Assembly: GCA_035515135.1 (NCBI GenBank)
Contig: DATJBW010000013.1
Location: 114,439-178,438, forward strand
Length of the DNA stretch: 64,000 nt
DNA from: Flavobacterium sp.
GTDB taxonomy: Bacteria > Bacteroidota > Bacteroidia > Flavobacteriales > Flavobacteriaceae
Direction: 5' to 3'
Below the pieces are notes generated by a model. It ran no database searches and had not been told where the DNA came from. It saw only the letters and a list, made by a program, of their open reading frames with translations. A program made the position numbers and the translations under genes. This document shows, one piece after another, positions 45,833 to 55,356 of the stretch (the first letter of the stretch is position 1; each line of letters begins with the position of its first letter).

Positions 45833-48826
45833 TTAGCGAATAGCGTCTGCGATGACTTGCTGAATTCTACTTCTGATGTTCTCTTTTGACAGCTGATTAG
45901 GTGCGTTAGCGTCAGGGAAAGTTCGGTTAGATAAGAACACAAAAATGGTCTCGGTCTTGGGGTCTGCCCACGCCATTGTGCCGGTAAAACCGGTATGACC
46001 AAAGCTCTCCATAGACACACAATTGCAGGTAGGACCCTTGCTGTCGCCTGTGGGTTTGTCAAAGCCTAAGCCTCTTCTATTCTTCTTCAAGTCATAATAC
46101 AAGTGGTTGAACATCTCAAAGGTCTGCTCCGAGAAGTAGCGCTCATCTCCGTATGCGCCTTTTTGCAAATACAACTGCATCATCTTGGCAACGTCTAGTG
46201 CGTTAGAGAACAAGCCCGCTTGCCCACCCACGCCGCCTTGCATCGCTGCCGCCATATCGTGAACATAGCCTTGCAAGAGTTGGTGTCTATAATAGGTGTC
46301 GTCCTCAGTAGGCACAACTTCACTCACGTCAAACTTGCGCAGCGGGTTAAAGCTGGTTCTATTCATCCCGAGCGAGCGGTAGAATTGCTTGTCTACAAGC
46401 TCATCTAGGCTGTTATTCGCCTCTCTTTCGAGGTATTCTTTAAGGATAATAAACGGAAAATCAGAGTATTTGTATGCCTTCGTACCGAGTTTAGAGTCGG
46501 CAATTTGCTTGAGCATCACCTCTGAATATCCCTTTTTGAGGTATAAGTTATCGGCTACTTGGTCTGGAAAGTCTTCGCTATACGTAGTGCTATAAAACTT
46601 AGCGCTAGGCAACTTCGTGAGACTATCCAAGGTCGATTTATAAAACGGAATCCACGGAACAAAGCCTGAGTTGTGCGTAAGTATCTCTTTCAGCGTAATG
46701 TCTTTCTTGTCTGATTGGGCGAATACAGGCAGCATTTTGCCCAGTTTTGTGTTGAGATTGAGGTTGCCACTTTCGATGTCTTTGACCACCATTGGCAGCG
46801 TAGCCAATATCTTAGTGAGTGAAGCCAAGTCATACAAGTCGCTGTTTTGTACTTCTACTTGGTTGTCATAGGTATGAAAACCAAATGATTTTTGGTAAAT
46901 CACCTTGCCTTTTCGGGCGACGAGCACTTGCATCCCAGGGGCAATCTTCTTGGCAATCACCTCTTGGGCAATCATATCTATATTGGTAAGCACCGCAGAG
47001 CTCATCCCGACATTCTCAGGAATATCAAAGCCCAGCCTATGTATCGGTTTGACTTTCAAGCCATCGCCTACGGCAAAGTCCTGATTGATGGATACAGGCA
47101 ACTTGCCATTCGCAGCATTACTTCCGAAGATAAGTTGTGCCGCAACCTCTTGTCCGACCTTAGAGTTTTGGTAAGCCAACACAAGTCCTTCTATATTGGT
47201 ATATGACTGCACAGAAAGCAAGGCATACGGCTTCGCAAACACAGACAGAATCACATTGTTGGTGCGAGAGATTTCGTACAGCCAAGTGAGTTCTTTGGTC
47301 GTAAAGTTATGGTTCTTCCAAGCCGATGCGTTAGATTTATGGTAGCCAATAATCGTAGTGGTGTAGCCTCTGAGTTGGGTAATTAAATCGTCTAAGTTCT
47401 CACTTTCAACGACCGTAACCTCCGCGTAGTTGCGCAGTGACGCCAGAAAAGCAGTGTTGTCATCATCGCCAAGTTTGACATAAGCGATTTTCTCTTTGTC
47501 GAGTTCTTGCAAGGGCAATAGCTTGTTTTTGTTTTTGAGTACGGTCATCGCCGCCTCCATCAACCTGTAGTGCAACGCCTCATCAGCGGGTTTGTTCAGG
47601 TCATTATGCAGATTCTCAAGGTCAATAGGCGTATAGTTTGCCAACCCCGCTTTGTACTTATACTTCAAGATCTTCTTAACCGAATGTTCTAAACGCGCCT
47701 CAGTCAAGCTGCCGTTAGCCAAGGCTTCTTTGAATTTCTCGATAGCCACCGGTACATTCTCGGGGAAGAGCAAGATGTCATTGCCCGCTAAGAACGCCGC
47801 CAAGTCGATTTCGCCGGGGTTCTTAAAGCTGCTGGCGCCCTTCATATTTAGGGCATCGGTGAAGATAAGCCCCTTGAAGTTCATCTTCTTTTGCAGCAAA
47901 TCAGTCACTATGTTATGGGATATAGACGACGGATAGCCCTGTCTTTCTTCTAGGGCAGGCACGTTTAAGTGTGCCACCATTACGCTGACGATGCCTTCTT
48001 TAAAGAGTTTTTTATACGGATACAACTCCACCTTACTCATCCTTTCTAGGCTGTGGTTGATAGATGGTAACGTATGGTGTGAGTCTTTATCAGTGTCTCC
48101 GTGTCCGGGGAAGTGCTTCGCTGTAGCGAATACGCCGTTTAGCTGTAGTCCTCTAGTGAGTGCCATTGCCTTTTGTGCAACGTTCTCTGGGTCTTCTCCA
48201 AACGAGCGATTGCCTATAATCGGGTTCAACGGATTGGTATTCACATCGACCACCGGGGCAAAATTAAAGTGAATGCCCATGCGTTTGCTGTGTTTCGCCA
48301 TACGTGCGCCCACTTCTTCTATCAGTGCTAAGTCCTGTATAGCACCCAAAGTCATATTCCACGGAAAGGCATAGGTAGAGTCCAATCGCATAGACAAGCC
48401 CCATTCGGCATCAATCCCTACGAACAAAGGCACATTAGCTTTCGCCTGAAAACGGTTAGTCAACAGCGCTTGACGGACAGGTCCGCCCTGAAAAAAGATA
48501 ACTCCGCCAATGTGTTGGTTGATGATTAATGAGTCAATGCTACGTGCATGTACCTCATTTTTGTTAGAATACGCCGCTACCATAAACAACTGACCTATCT
48601 TCTCTTCGAGTGACATTTGGTTGTATAGGCTATCTACCCAAAGGCTTTGTCCCTCAGTTTTAGGGAAGTATTTATGTGGCGCTTGCGCTGCATGCGCGAT
48701 GGAATCTGTTGGGGGGTATGTGGCAAGAGGCCTTACTTTGTTTGTTTTATCGGTAGTGTTGATCACACCAAAGCCAAAAAGCAAAAACAATCCTACCGCA
48801 CCTATGATCCCTAAAAAGTATCGCAT
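45833..48826 (-). CDS. fusion protein: GH3 beta-N-acetylhexosaminidase (NagZ-like) N-terminal half plus a serine hydrolase / beta-lactamase-family C-terminal half
   Basis: 997 aa with an N-terminal signal/anchor; GH3 motifs (GGVIFF, KHFPGHGDTDKDSHH); C-terminal SxxK (ASLTK) and HTG (FGHTGFTG) motifs of class C beta-lactamase/PBP4-like hydrolases. Confidence 0.85.
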   Translation of the reverse strand: MRYFLGIIGAVGLFLLFGFGVINTTDKTNKVRPLATYPPTDSIAHAAQAPHKYFPKTEGQSLWVDSLYNQMSLEEKIGQLFMVAAYSNKNEVHARSIDSLIINQHIGGVIFFQGGPVRQALLTNRFQAKANVPLFVGIDAEWGLSMRLDSTYAFPWNMTLGAIQDLALIEEVGARMAKHSKRMGIHFNFAPVVDVNTNPLNPIIGNRSFGEDPENVAQKAMALTRGLQLNGVFATAKHFPGHGDTDKDSHHTLPSINHSLERMSKVELYPYKKLFKEGIVSVMVAHLNVPALEERQGYPSSISHNIVTDLLQKKMNFKGLIFTDALNMKGASSFKNPGEIDLAAFLAGNDILLFPENVPVAIEKFKEALANGSLTEARLEHSVKKILKYKYKAGLANYTPIDLENLHNDLNKPADEALHYRLMEAAMTVLKNKNKLLPLQELDKEKIAYVKLGDDDNTAFLASLRNYAEVTVVESENLDDLITQLRGYTTTIIGYHKSNASAWKNHNFTTKELTWLYEISRTNNVILSVFAKPYALLSVQSYTNIEGLVLAYQNSKVGQEVAAQLIFGSNAANGKLPVSINQDFAVGDGLKVKPIHRLGFDIPENVGMSSAVLTNIDMIAQEVIAKKIAPGMQVLVARKGKVIYQKSFGFHTYDNQVEVQNSDLYDLASLTKILATLPMVVKDIESGNLNLNTKLGKMLPVFAQSDKKDITLKEILTHNSGFVPWIPFYKSTLDSLTKLPSAKFYSTTYSEDFPDQVADNLYLKKGYSEVMLKQIADSKLGTKAYKYSDFPFIILKEYLEREANNSLDELVDKQFYRSLGMNRTSFNPLRKFDVSEVVPTEDDTYYRHQLLQGYVHDMAAAMQGGVGGQAGLFSNALDVAKMMQLYLQKGAYGDERYFSEQTFEMFNHLYYDLKKNRRGLGFDKPTGDSKGPTCNCVSMESFGHTGFTGTMAWADPKTETIFVFLSNRTFPDANAPNQLSKENIRSRIQQVIADAIR

Positions 48827-48926
48827 TTCTTTCCTCTTAATTTAAACGAGGCTAAATGTAAGTAAACTATTATAAAAATGAAAGCTACAACAAAATAGTT
48901 TACGCCAAATGTTTACTCCAGAACCA

Positions 48927-49025
48927 CTCAGGGCTTCACTTTGAGTGAAGCCATGAGTAAACAATAATAACGCAAGAATCCACCCAAAACTACTGATGGC
49001 TTCACTTAGAGTGAAGCCATCAGTA
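48927..49025. repeat. two copies of a ~40-bp palindromic element (GGCTTCACT-N3-AGTGAAGCC core)
   Basis: Copy A (48927-48957) has a 14-bp stem with one mismatch. Copy B (48991-49025) has a perfect 16-bp stem. The two copies plus 3' flank (..AGTAAACAA) are 35/40 identical by my hand alignment. They lie between the stop of the 49050-49532 gene and the start of the GH3 fusion gene. Confidence 0.8.
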
Positions 49026-49049
49026 AACAAAGCAAAGCCTTGAGTTGTA

Positions 49050-49532
49050 TTAAAAGAAGCGGTTGTGCCAGCTTTCGTGTGCGGGAACTTCCCAGAAATC
49101 TTGAAACTCTCCGAGTGTATTCACGAGGTTATTAAACACGATTGTATCTTTGGTTACGGCTTTTTCTTTCGCCATTTTCTTGAAGTCAAGCAGTGATTTA
49201 TAGGCAACGAACTCTCCTGTTTTGTAGGTTACATTCATCTTGTCTAATAAATCAACGCCATATTTTTGTTCTAAACTCTGTATAAACCGCACCGAACCAT
49301 CAATAGAACAACCCGAAACCTCGAATATCTGTTGGTTGACCGCCAAGACAATAAAACGATTGTACCTAATGGTATAGGAGCCTTGTAGCTCATCGCCGTG
49401 TGCAGTCCACTCTTCGACGAAGGCTTTGACGGCTGCATCTATTTCGGTTACTTCTTGGTCTGTAAACTTTCTGTTGGATTGATAGATCCAAACGCGGGTG
49501 TCTTCTGGTAATGTATCAAAGGGAACTAACAT
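49050..49532 (-). CDS. conserved hypothetical protein (function unknown)
   Basis: 160 aa from MLVPFDTLPEDTRVWIYQS. No signal peptide and no motif I can assign. Confidence 0.5.
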   Translation of the reverse strand: MLVPFDTLPEDTRVWIYQSNRKFTDQEVTEIDAAVKAFVEEWTAHGDELQGSYTIRYNRFIVLAVNQQIFEVSGCSIDGSVRFIQSLEQKYGVDLLDKMNVTYKTGEFVAYKSLLDFKKMAKEKAVTKDTIVFNNLVNTLGEFQDFWEVPAHESWHNRFF

Positions 49533-49680
49533 CTTTATATCGTATTTGAAGGCTGTTAAACAATAAATGTCTGACAAAGATACAAACGAAAAAAGAGTTT
49601 TAGGTCTTTGTTGGGCTACTAATCAGAAAACTTAAGTATTATCTCAACCAGAGTTGTTTTGCACATTAAAACAATAAAAG

Positions 49681-49688
49681 TATATTTG
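49681..49688 (+). promoter_or_regulatory. -7 promoter box (TATATTTG) upstream of fabG
   Basis: TAnnTTTG match 24 nt upstream of the ATG at 49713. Confidence 0.45.
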
Positions 49689-49712
49689 CTACATCATACA
49701 AAAAGCTTTATT

Positions 49713-50459
49713 ATGAAATTATTAGAAGGCAAGACAGTCATTATCACTGGAGCAACTAGAGGAATTGGTAGAGGAATCGCTTTATCTTTTGCACAACACG
49801 GAGCCCAAGTGGCTTTCACTTATAGTTCGTCAGTGCAAGCTGCAGAAGAACTAGAAAAAGAACTTACAGCGCTTGGCGTCAAAGCAAAAGGATACCAATC
49901 AAATGCAGGAGACTTTGATGAAGCTCAGAAATTAGTCGATGAAGTTGTGGCTAGCTTTGGTACTGTAGATGTGCTTATCAACAATGCGGGCATCACAAAA
50001 GACAACTTGCTTATGCGCATTTCAGAAGACGATTTTGACAAAGTTATCGAAACCAACCTGAAATCTGTGTTTAATATGACCAAAGCCGTGCAGAGAACCA
50101 TGCTCAAGAATAGAGCTGGATCTATCATTAATATGAGTTCAGTAGTCGGAGTAAAAGGAAACGCAGGGCAGACCAACTACGCTGCTTCAAAGGCAGGAGT
50201 GATTGGTTTTAGCAAATCAGTAGCCTTGGAGCTGGGTTCTAGAAACATCAGATGTAATGTCATCGCACCAGGTTTTATAGAAACTGAAATGACTGAAAAG
50301 CTCAGTCCAGAGGTAGTTGAGGGTTGGAGAAACGCTATTCCACTAAAAAGAGGCGGTACGCCAGAGGATGTGGCCAACCTATGCGTGTTCTTAGCATCAG
50401 ATATGTCAGCCTATATCACCGGACAAACCATCAATGTCGATGGCGGGATGTTGACCTAA
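49713..50459 (+). CDS. fabG: 3-oxoacyl-[acyl-carrier-protein] reductase
   Basis: 248 aa SDR with TGATRGIGRGIA, NNAGI and YAASKAG. Start trimmed from the TTG at 49659 to the ATG at 49713. Confidence 0.9.
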   Translation: MKLLEGKTVIITGATRGIGRGIALSFAQHGAQVAFTYSSSVQAAEELEKELTALGVKAKGYQSNAGDFDEAQKLVDEVVASFGTVDVLINNAGITKDNLLMRISEDDFDKVIETNLKSVFNMTKAVQRTMLKNRAGSIINMSSVVGVKGNAGQTNYAASKAGVIGFSKSVALELGSRNIRCNVIAPGFIETEMTEKLSPEVVEGWRNAIPLKRGGTPEDVANLCVFLASDMSAYITGQTINVDGGMLT

Positions 50460-50490
50460 AAAACCTTTACTTTATACCATCTACAAACAA

Positions 50491-50530
50491 CAAGGGCGTT
50501 ACCATCTGAGTAACGCCCTTGTATTATTTT
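50491..50530. terminator. intrinsic terminator between convergent fabG and mtaB
   Basis: CAAGGGCGTTAC-(7 nt)-GTAACGCCCTTG followed by TATTATTTT. Confidence 0.8.
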
Positions 50531-50533
50531 GGG

Positions 50534-51871
50534 TTAAACCATCTGAGGAGCTTCCAGCAAAGTTACGCTGACCAGCCCGTCTTCATCGATCTTTTCGAGC
50601 TTGATAGGTTGAAGTGTATTCGCTAAATATGGATTCCAAGGTGCTTTGACTTTGACGTAATTCTCTGTAAACCCGTGAATATAACCTTGGTGATTTTCGT
50701 TTTCAAACAACACTGTCTTGGTCTTTCCGATTTGACTCTCATAGAAAGCTCTTCGTTTCTTTACGGACAATCCTCTGAGCATTTTGCTTCGCTTGTTTCT
50801 GACATTCATCGGTACAATGCCTTCCATATCTGCTGCAACCGTATTGTCTCTTTCAGAATAAGTAAACACGTGTAGATACGAAATATCCATGGCATTTAAG
50901 AAATTGTAGGTATCTAAGAAATGTTCGTCTGTTTCTCCAGGGAAACCAACAATCACATCTACTCCTATGCACGCATCAGGCATAACTTCTTTGATCTTAT
51001 TGACGCGCTCAGTGTATAAGGCTGTCAAATATCGTCGTCTCATTTTCTTGAGAATAGCATCACTCCCCGACTGCAACGGGATATGGAAATGCGGCACAAA
51101 GGTTCTACTCTGGGCTACAAACTCGATTGTTTTGTCTTGAAGTAAATTGGGTTCTATTGACGAAATCCTGAGTCGCTCGATGCCTTCTACCTTATCTAAG
51201 GCTACGACTAAGTCATAAAAGGTGTGTTCGTGCTTTTTGTCGCCCAACTCTCCTTTGCCATAATCACCTATATTTACGCCGGTAAGCACGATTTCTTTGA
51301 TGTCTTGAGCGGAGATTTCTTTGGCATTATGAAGTACGTTGGCTAAGGTGTCACTACGCGAAATCCCCCTAGCCAGCGGAATCGTACAGTAAGTACACTT
51401 ATAATCACAGCCGTCTTGCACCTTCAAGAAAGCACGGGTTCTATCGCCTACGGCATAGCTGCCTACATAAAAGTTAGCTTCTTCTATCTCACACGAATGC
51501 ACCTCTCCGAAATCATTCTTTGACAAATCATTGAGGTAATCAGTAATCTTGAATTTCTCAGTAGCGCCTAAAACCAAATCAACACCGTCTACGGCAACTA
51601 ATTCTTCTGGTTTGAGCTGTGCATAACAACCGATAGCGGCAACAAAAGCCTTGTCGTTTTTCTTGAGCGCCTTCTTGACAATTTGTTTGAATTGCTTGTC
51701 TGCATTCTCAGTTACTGAACAGGTGTTGATGACATATATATCTGCTTTTTCTTCAAACTCAACTCTGTCAAAGCCTTCGCTTTCAAACTTTCTAGCGATG
51801 GTAGAGGTTTCTGAGTAATTCAACTTGCAACCAAGGGTATAAAAAGCAACTTTTTTGGGTGTATCTATCAT
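50534..51871 (-). CDS. mtaB: tRNA (t6A37) methylthiotransferase, radical SAM (MtaB-like)
   Basis: 445 aa with the N-terminal UPF0004 cysteines (FYTLGCKLN, INTCSV), radical SAM motif CDYKCTYCTIP, and a C-terminal TRAM-like domain. Confidence 0.8.
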   Translation of the reverse strand: MIDTPKKVAFYTLGCKLNYSETSTIARKFESEGFDRVEFEEKADIYVINTCSVTENADKQFKQIVKKALKKNDKAFVAAIGCYAQLKPEELVAVDGVDLVLGATEKFKITDYLNDLSKNDFGEVHSCEIEEANFYVGSYAVGDRTRAFLKVQDGCDYKCTYCTIPLARGISRSDTLANVLHNAKEISAQDIKEIVLTGVNIGDYGKGELGDKKHEHTFYDLVVALDKVEGIERLRISSIEPNLLQDKTIEFVAQSRTFVPHFHIPLQSGSDAILKKMRRRYLTALYTERVNKIKEVMPDACIGVDVIVGFPGETDEHFLDTYNFLNAMDISYLHVFTYSERDNTVAADMEGIVPMNVRNKRSKMLRGLSVKKRRAFYESQIGKTKTVLFENENHQGYIHGFTENYVKVKAPWNPYLANTLQPIKLEKIDEDGLVSVTLLEAPQMV

Positions 51872-51897
51872 GGGTATTTACATAAAAAAACGGGTTG

Positions 51898-51905
51898 CAA
51901 ATTTA
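51898..51905 (-). promoter_or_regulatory. -7 promoter box (TAAATTTG on the minus strand) upstream of mtaB
   Basis: The plus strand reads caaattta, 26 nt upstream of the mtaB ATG. Confidence 0.45.
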
Positions 51906-52110
51906 CGCACAATAAATTAGATACACAATCATTCGCCGTGCCTGAAAAGACTCATATCCAAAAGATTAAATTTGAATTATTGGTAAAGCTACCACTCTTA
52001 GCGACTTCCGTTTTAACGCATACGGAGCTATGCAATCCAAAAATCATGTTAAATCACCTTGAAAAACAACTGAAAGTAAGTACTTTTATACCTCTTTTTA
52101 AAACACCTCA

Positions 52111-53055
52111 ATGGACACGAAAATTCTAATCATTGGCGCCTGTGGGCAAATTGGCACCGAGCTTACCTATCATCTAAGAAAAACATACGGCGTAGAAAAC
52201 GTAGTTGCCTCTGATGTCAGAAAGCTAGACAATTCTGTAGTAAATGACGGTATCTTTGAGGTAGTCAACGCTTTAGACTTCAACCAAATTCAAGAACTAG
52301 TAGAGCGTTATCAAATCACAGACGTTTATTTGATGGCGGCTTTGTTATCGGCTACTGCTGAGAAAAACCCTGCTTTTGCTTGGGATTTGAATATGAATTC
52401 GCTCTTTCACGTCTTGAATTTAGCCAAAGAGAAGAAAATTAAAAAGATTTTCTGGCCCTCGAGCATTGCTGTTTTCGGACCGACCACACCCAAGATAGAC
52501 ACACCTCAATACACCATTATGGAGCCTTCTACGGTTTACGGCATCAGCAAACAAGCCGGTGAACGTTGGGCTGAATACTACCATAATATCTATGGCGTTG
52601 ATATCAGAAGCATCCGTTATCCTGGGCTTATCAGCTGGACATCGCCTCCTGGAGGCGGAACCACAGATTATGCCGTTGAGATTTATCACAAAGCACTAGA
52701 AGAAGGTAGCTATGACTGTTTCTTATCAGAAAACACAGGACTCCCAATGATGTATATGGATGATGCGATTAAAGCGACTATCCAAATTATGCAAGCACCT
52801 GCTGAGCAAATTAAAATCAGATCATCTTATAACTTATCTGGTGTATCTTTTACACCCAAAGAGATTGCCGCTGAAATCAAGAAGCATATTCCCGAGTTTA
52901 CTATTTCTTATACGCCTGATTTCAGACAGAAAATTGCCGATAGCTGGCCTGCGAGTATTGATGACAGCAACGCTAGAGAAGATTGGGGCTGGAAGCACGA
53001 ATTTGACCTGAGCAAAATGACTGAGGTGATGTTAGAAAACCTAAAGGATAAATAA
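52111..53055 (+). CDS. NAD-dependent epimerase/dehydratase family protein, L-threonine 3-dehydrogenase-like (extended SDR)
   Basis: 314 aa with ILIIGACGQIGTEL (Rossmann motif) and YGISK (YxxxK). Length and N-terminus match the UDP-glucose-4-epimerase-like threonine dehydrogenases described in flavobacteria. No kbl gene is adjacent. Confidence 0.65.
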   Translation: MDTKILIIGACGQIGTELTYHLRKTYGVENVVASDVRKLDNSVVNDGIFEVVNALDFNQIQELVERYQITDVYLMAALLSATAEKNPAFAWDLNMNSLFHVLNLAKEKKIKKIFWPSSIAVFGPTTPKIDTPQYTIMEPSTVYGISKQAGERWAEYYHNIYGVDIRSIRYPGLISWTSPPGGGTTDYAVEIYHKALEEGSYDCFLSENTGLPMMYMDDAIKATIQIMQAPAEQIKIRSSYNLSGVSFTPKEIAAEIKKHIPEFTISYTPDFRQKIADSWPASIDDSNAREDWGWKHEFDLSKMTEVMLENLKDK

Positions 53056-53096
53056 ACCTTTGTCGCTTTTAGAATAAAATATATTCATACAAAATC

Positions 53097-53130
53097 AAAG
53101 AGAAGTACCCTTCAAAGTACTTCTCTTTTA
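53097..53130 (+). terminator. intrinsic terminator after the SDR gene
   Basis: AAAGAGAAGTAC-(8 nt)-GTACTTCTCTTT followed by TATAATTTT. Confidence 0.7.
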
Positions 53131-53172
53131 TAATTTTATAGTTTCATTAGCACCCGTTTGGGTCAAAAAACT

Positions 53173-53180
53173 TATTTTTG
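53173..53180 (+). promoter_or_regulatory. -7 promoter box (TATTTTTG) upstream of the GT2 gene
   Basis: TAnnTTTG match 20 nt upstream of the ATG at 53201. Confidence 0.45.
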
Positions 53181-53200
53181 TTTGCTTAACTATCTTTTGA

Positions 53201-53926
53201 ATGGCCAGAAAAGTTGTCATAATTCCCACTTATAACGAAATCGAAAACATCGAAAACATCATCAGGAATGTTTTGGGTCTGGATACTCTTTTTGATATTT
53301 TAGTAGTCGATGACAGCTCTCCTGACGGTACTTACCAAAAAGTGCAACAGCTTCAAGAGGAGTTTCCCAGCAGATTGTTTTTAGAGATTCAAACCAAGAA
53401 ATCAGGATTAGGAAAGGCTTATGTACACGGATTCAAGTGGGCTTTAGCCAAAGACTATGACTATATTATCGAGATGGATGCTGATTTCTCACACAACCCG
53501 AATGATTTAGACAAACTCTACCGCGCTTGTGCAGAACAAAATGCAGCAATGTCTATAGGTTCGAGATACCTCACTGGGGTTAATGTCGTGAATTGGCCGC
53601 TCTCAAGAGTGTTGTTGTCTTACTTTGCTTCGGTTTATGTGCGAATTATAACGGGGATGAAAATACACGACACCACCGCTGGTTTTGTATGCTACAAAAG
53701 AGAAGTCTTAGAAAGTATTGATCTAAACAAAATAAAATTCGTGGGTTATGCCTTTCAGATTGAAATGAAATATAGGGCTTTCGCCAAAGGTTTTTCATTA
53801 GTTGAAGTGCCGATTATATTCACAGACCGTACGCACGGCACTTCTAAGATGAGTAGCAATATTATAACCGAAGCTGTGTTTGGTGTGATTCTCTTGCGAA
53901 TCAGAAAGCTTTTTGGGGTGTTGTAG
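53201..53926 (+). CDS. family 2 glycosyltransferase, polyprenol-phosphate mannosyltransferase-like
   Basis: 241 aa with VVIIPTYNE..NI, VVDDSSPDGT and EMDADFSH (DxD-type), the Dpm1/PpmS-like pattern. Confidence 0.8.
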   Translation: MARKVVIIPTYNEIENIENIIRNVLGLDTLFDILVVDDSSPDGTYQKVQQLQEEFPSRLFLEIQTKKSGLGKAYVHGFKWALAKDYDYIIEMDADFSHNPNDLDKLYRACAEQNAAMSIGSRYLTGVNVVNWPLSRVLLSYFASVYVRIITGMKIHDTTAGFVCYKREVLESIDLNKIKFVGYAFQIEMKYRAFAKGFSLVEVPIIFTDRTHGTSKMSSNIITEAVFGVILLRIRKLFGVL

Positions 53927-53984
53927 CAGCTGAGAAAAACTCTAGAACAAGCCTATTTATTAAAAACATATTCAAAACTAAGCG

Positions 53985-53992
53985 TACCTTTG
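53985..53992 (+). promoter_or_regulatory. -7 promoter box (TACCTTTG) upstream of pyrC
   Basis: TAnnTTTG match 20 nt upstream of the ATG at 54013. Confidence 0.45.
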
Positions 53993-54012
53993 TTAAAAAT
54001 ACAACTTAAAAA

Positions 54013-55356
54013 ATGTCTACCCTACTCATTAAGAATGCGAAGATTGTCAACGAAGGAGAAATTTTTGAAGGAGATGTTCTTATTCAAGGAGAATTCATTT
54101 CAGAAATTGCCAATCAAATAAGTGTTAAATCCTCAGAATGGAAAATCGTTGATGCAGAAGGGAATTATCTCATCCCAGGGATGATTGATGACCAAGTGCA
54201 CTTCAGAGAACCTGGACTTACGCACAAAGGAGATATTGCTTCAGAGAGCAAGGCTGCCATCGCCGGAGGAATCACCTCATTTATCGAGCAACCCAATACG
54301 GTTCCGAATGCAGTAACCCAGGAATTACTCGAACAAAAATACCAGCTTGCCGCTCAAAAGTCATACGCAAATTATTCGTTTATGATGGGTGCAACCAATG
54401 ACAACTTAGAAGAAGTACTCAAGACAAACCCAAAGAATGTAGCAGGAATAAAAATGTTTTTAGGCTCTTCTACCGGAAATATGTTAGTGGATAATCCTGA
54501 GATTATTGAAAACATCTTTTCAAAAACAAAAATGCTGATTGCTGTGCATTGTGAAGATGAAACGACTATCAAAAACAATTTAGCCCACTACAAAGAAACC
54601 TATGGCGAGGATATTCCGGTGTCTTGTCATCCGAAGATACGAAGTGAAGAAGCTTGTTATCTATCGTCATCCAAAGCTATCGAACTAGCCAAAAAAACAG
54701 GTGCTCGACTGCATGTCTTTCATGTATCGACAGCCAAAGAAACGGAGTTGTTCACTAATAAAATTCCGTTAGATAAAAAACAAATTACAGCTGAGGTCTG
54801 CGTACATCACCTCTGGTTTTCAGATAAAGACTACGCCGAGAAAGGAAACTTCATCAAATGGAATCCTGCCGTAAAATCAGAAAAAGATAGAGACGAACTC
54901 TGGAAAGCCGTACTAGACGGACGTATTGATGTGATTGCTACAGATCACGCTCCACATACCTTAGAAGAAAAATCAAAGAAATATACGCACGCTCCATCCG
55001 GAGGTCCTTTGGTACAACACGCTTTGGTGGCGCTGTTTGAGGCTTTCTTGCAAGAGAAAATATCGGTTGAGAAAATCGTTGAAAAGACTGCACATAATCC
55101 TGCCAAAATCTTTAAAATACACAAAAGAGGATTCGTCAAAGAAGGATATTATGCCGATCTCACAATTGTAAACACACACCAACCTTGGAATGTAACGAAA
55201 GACAATATTTTATATAAATGCGGATGGTCGCCGTTTGAAGGAACCAACTTCAAATCAAAAATTATGCATACTTTCGTAAACGGATCTCACGTGTATCAAA
55301 ACGGAAAATTTAAAGAAGAATTGGTCGGCAAGCGACTGATGTTTGATAGAGAATAG
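54013..55356 (+). CDS. pyrC: dihydroorotase (cyclic amidohydrolase family)
   Basis: 447 aa with PGMIDDQVHFREPG and IATDHAPH motifs, typical of long-form dihydroorotase/allantoinase-type amidohydrolases. Confidence 0.8.
   Translation: MSTLLIKNAKIVNEGEIFEGDVLIQGEFISEIANQISVKSSEWKIVDAEGNYLIPGMIDDQVHFREPGLTHKGDIASESKAAIAGGITSFIEQPNTVPNAVTQELLEQKYQLAAQKSYANYSFMMGATNDNLEEVLKTNPKNVAGIKMFLGSSTGNMLVDNPEIIENIFSKTKMLIAVHCEDETTIKNNLAHYKETYGEDIPVSCHPKIRSEEACYLSSSKAIELAKKTGARLHVFHVSTAKETELFTNKIPLDKKQITAEVCVHHLWFSDKDYAEKGNFIKWNPAVKSEKDRDELWKAVLDGRIDVIATDHAPHTLEEKSKKYTHAPSGGPLVQHALVALFEAFLQEKISVEKIVEKTAHNPAKIFKIHKRGFVKEGYYADLTIVNTHQPWNVTKDNILYKCGWSPFEGTNFKSKIMHTFVNGSHVYQNGKFKEELVGKRLMFDRE

Noticed and set aside
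45793-46062. 89-aa minus-strand ORF at the 3' end of the GH3-hydrolase fusion gene.
   Set aside because: It is an out-of-frame overlap with the 997-aa gene, and its start would sit inside the terminator hairpin.
45696-49025. Idea that the repeats at 45.7 kb and 48.9 kb are inverted terminal repeats of a mobile element carrying the GH3-hydrolase gene.
   Set aside because: They share only the hexamer GTGAAG/CTTCAC, with the opposite arm order. There is no transposase and I saw no target-site duplication. I report them as separate observations instead.
48842-49030. 62-aa ORF with an internally repeated peptide (FTDGFTLSEA / FTHGFTQSEA).
   Set aside because: The repeat is the translation of two copies of a palindromic DNA element, so I interpret this as a non-coding repeat rather than a gene.
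51938-52129. 63-aa ORF in the divergent mtaB / SDR promoter region.
   Set aside because: It overlaps the start of the SDR gene in another frame, has a GTG start and no recognisable features. The region more plausibly holds the two divergent promoters.
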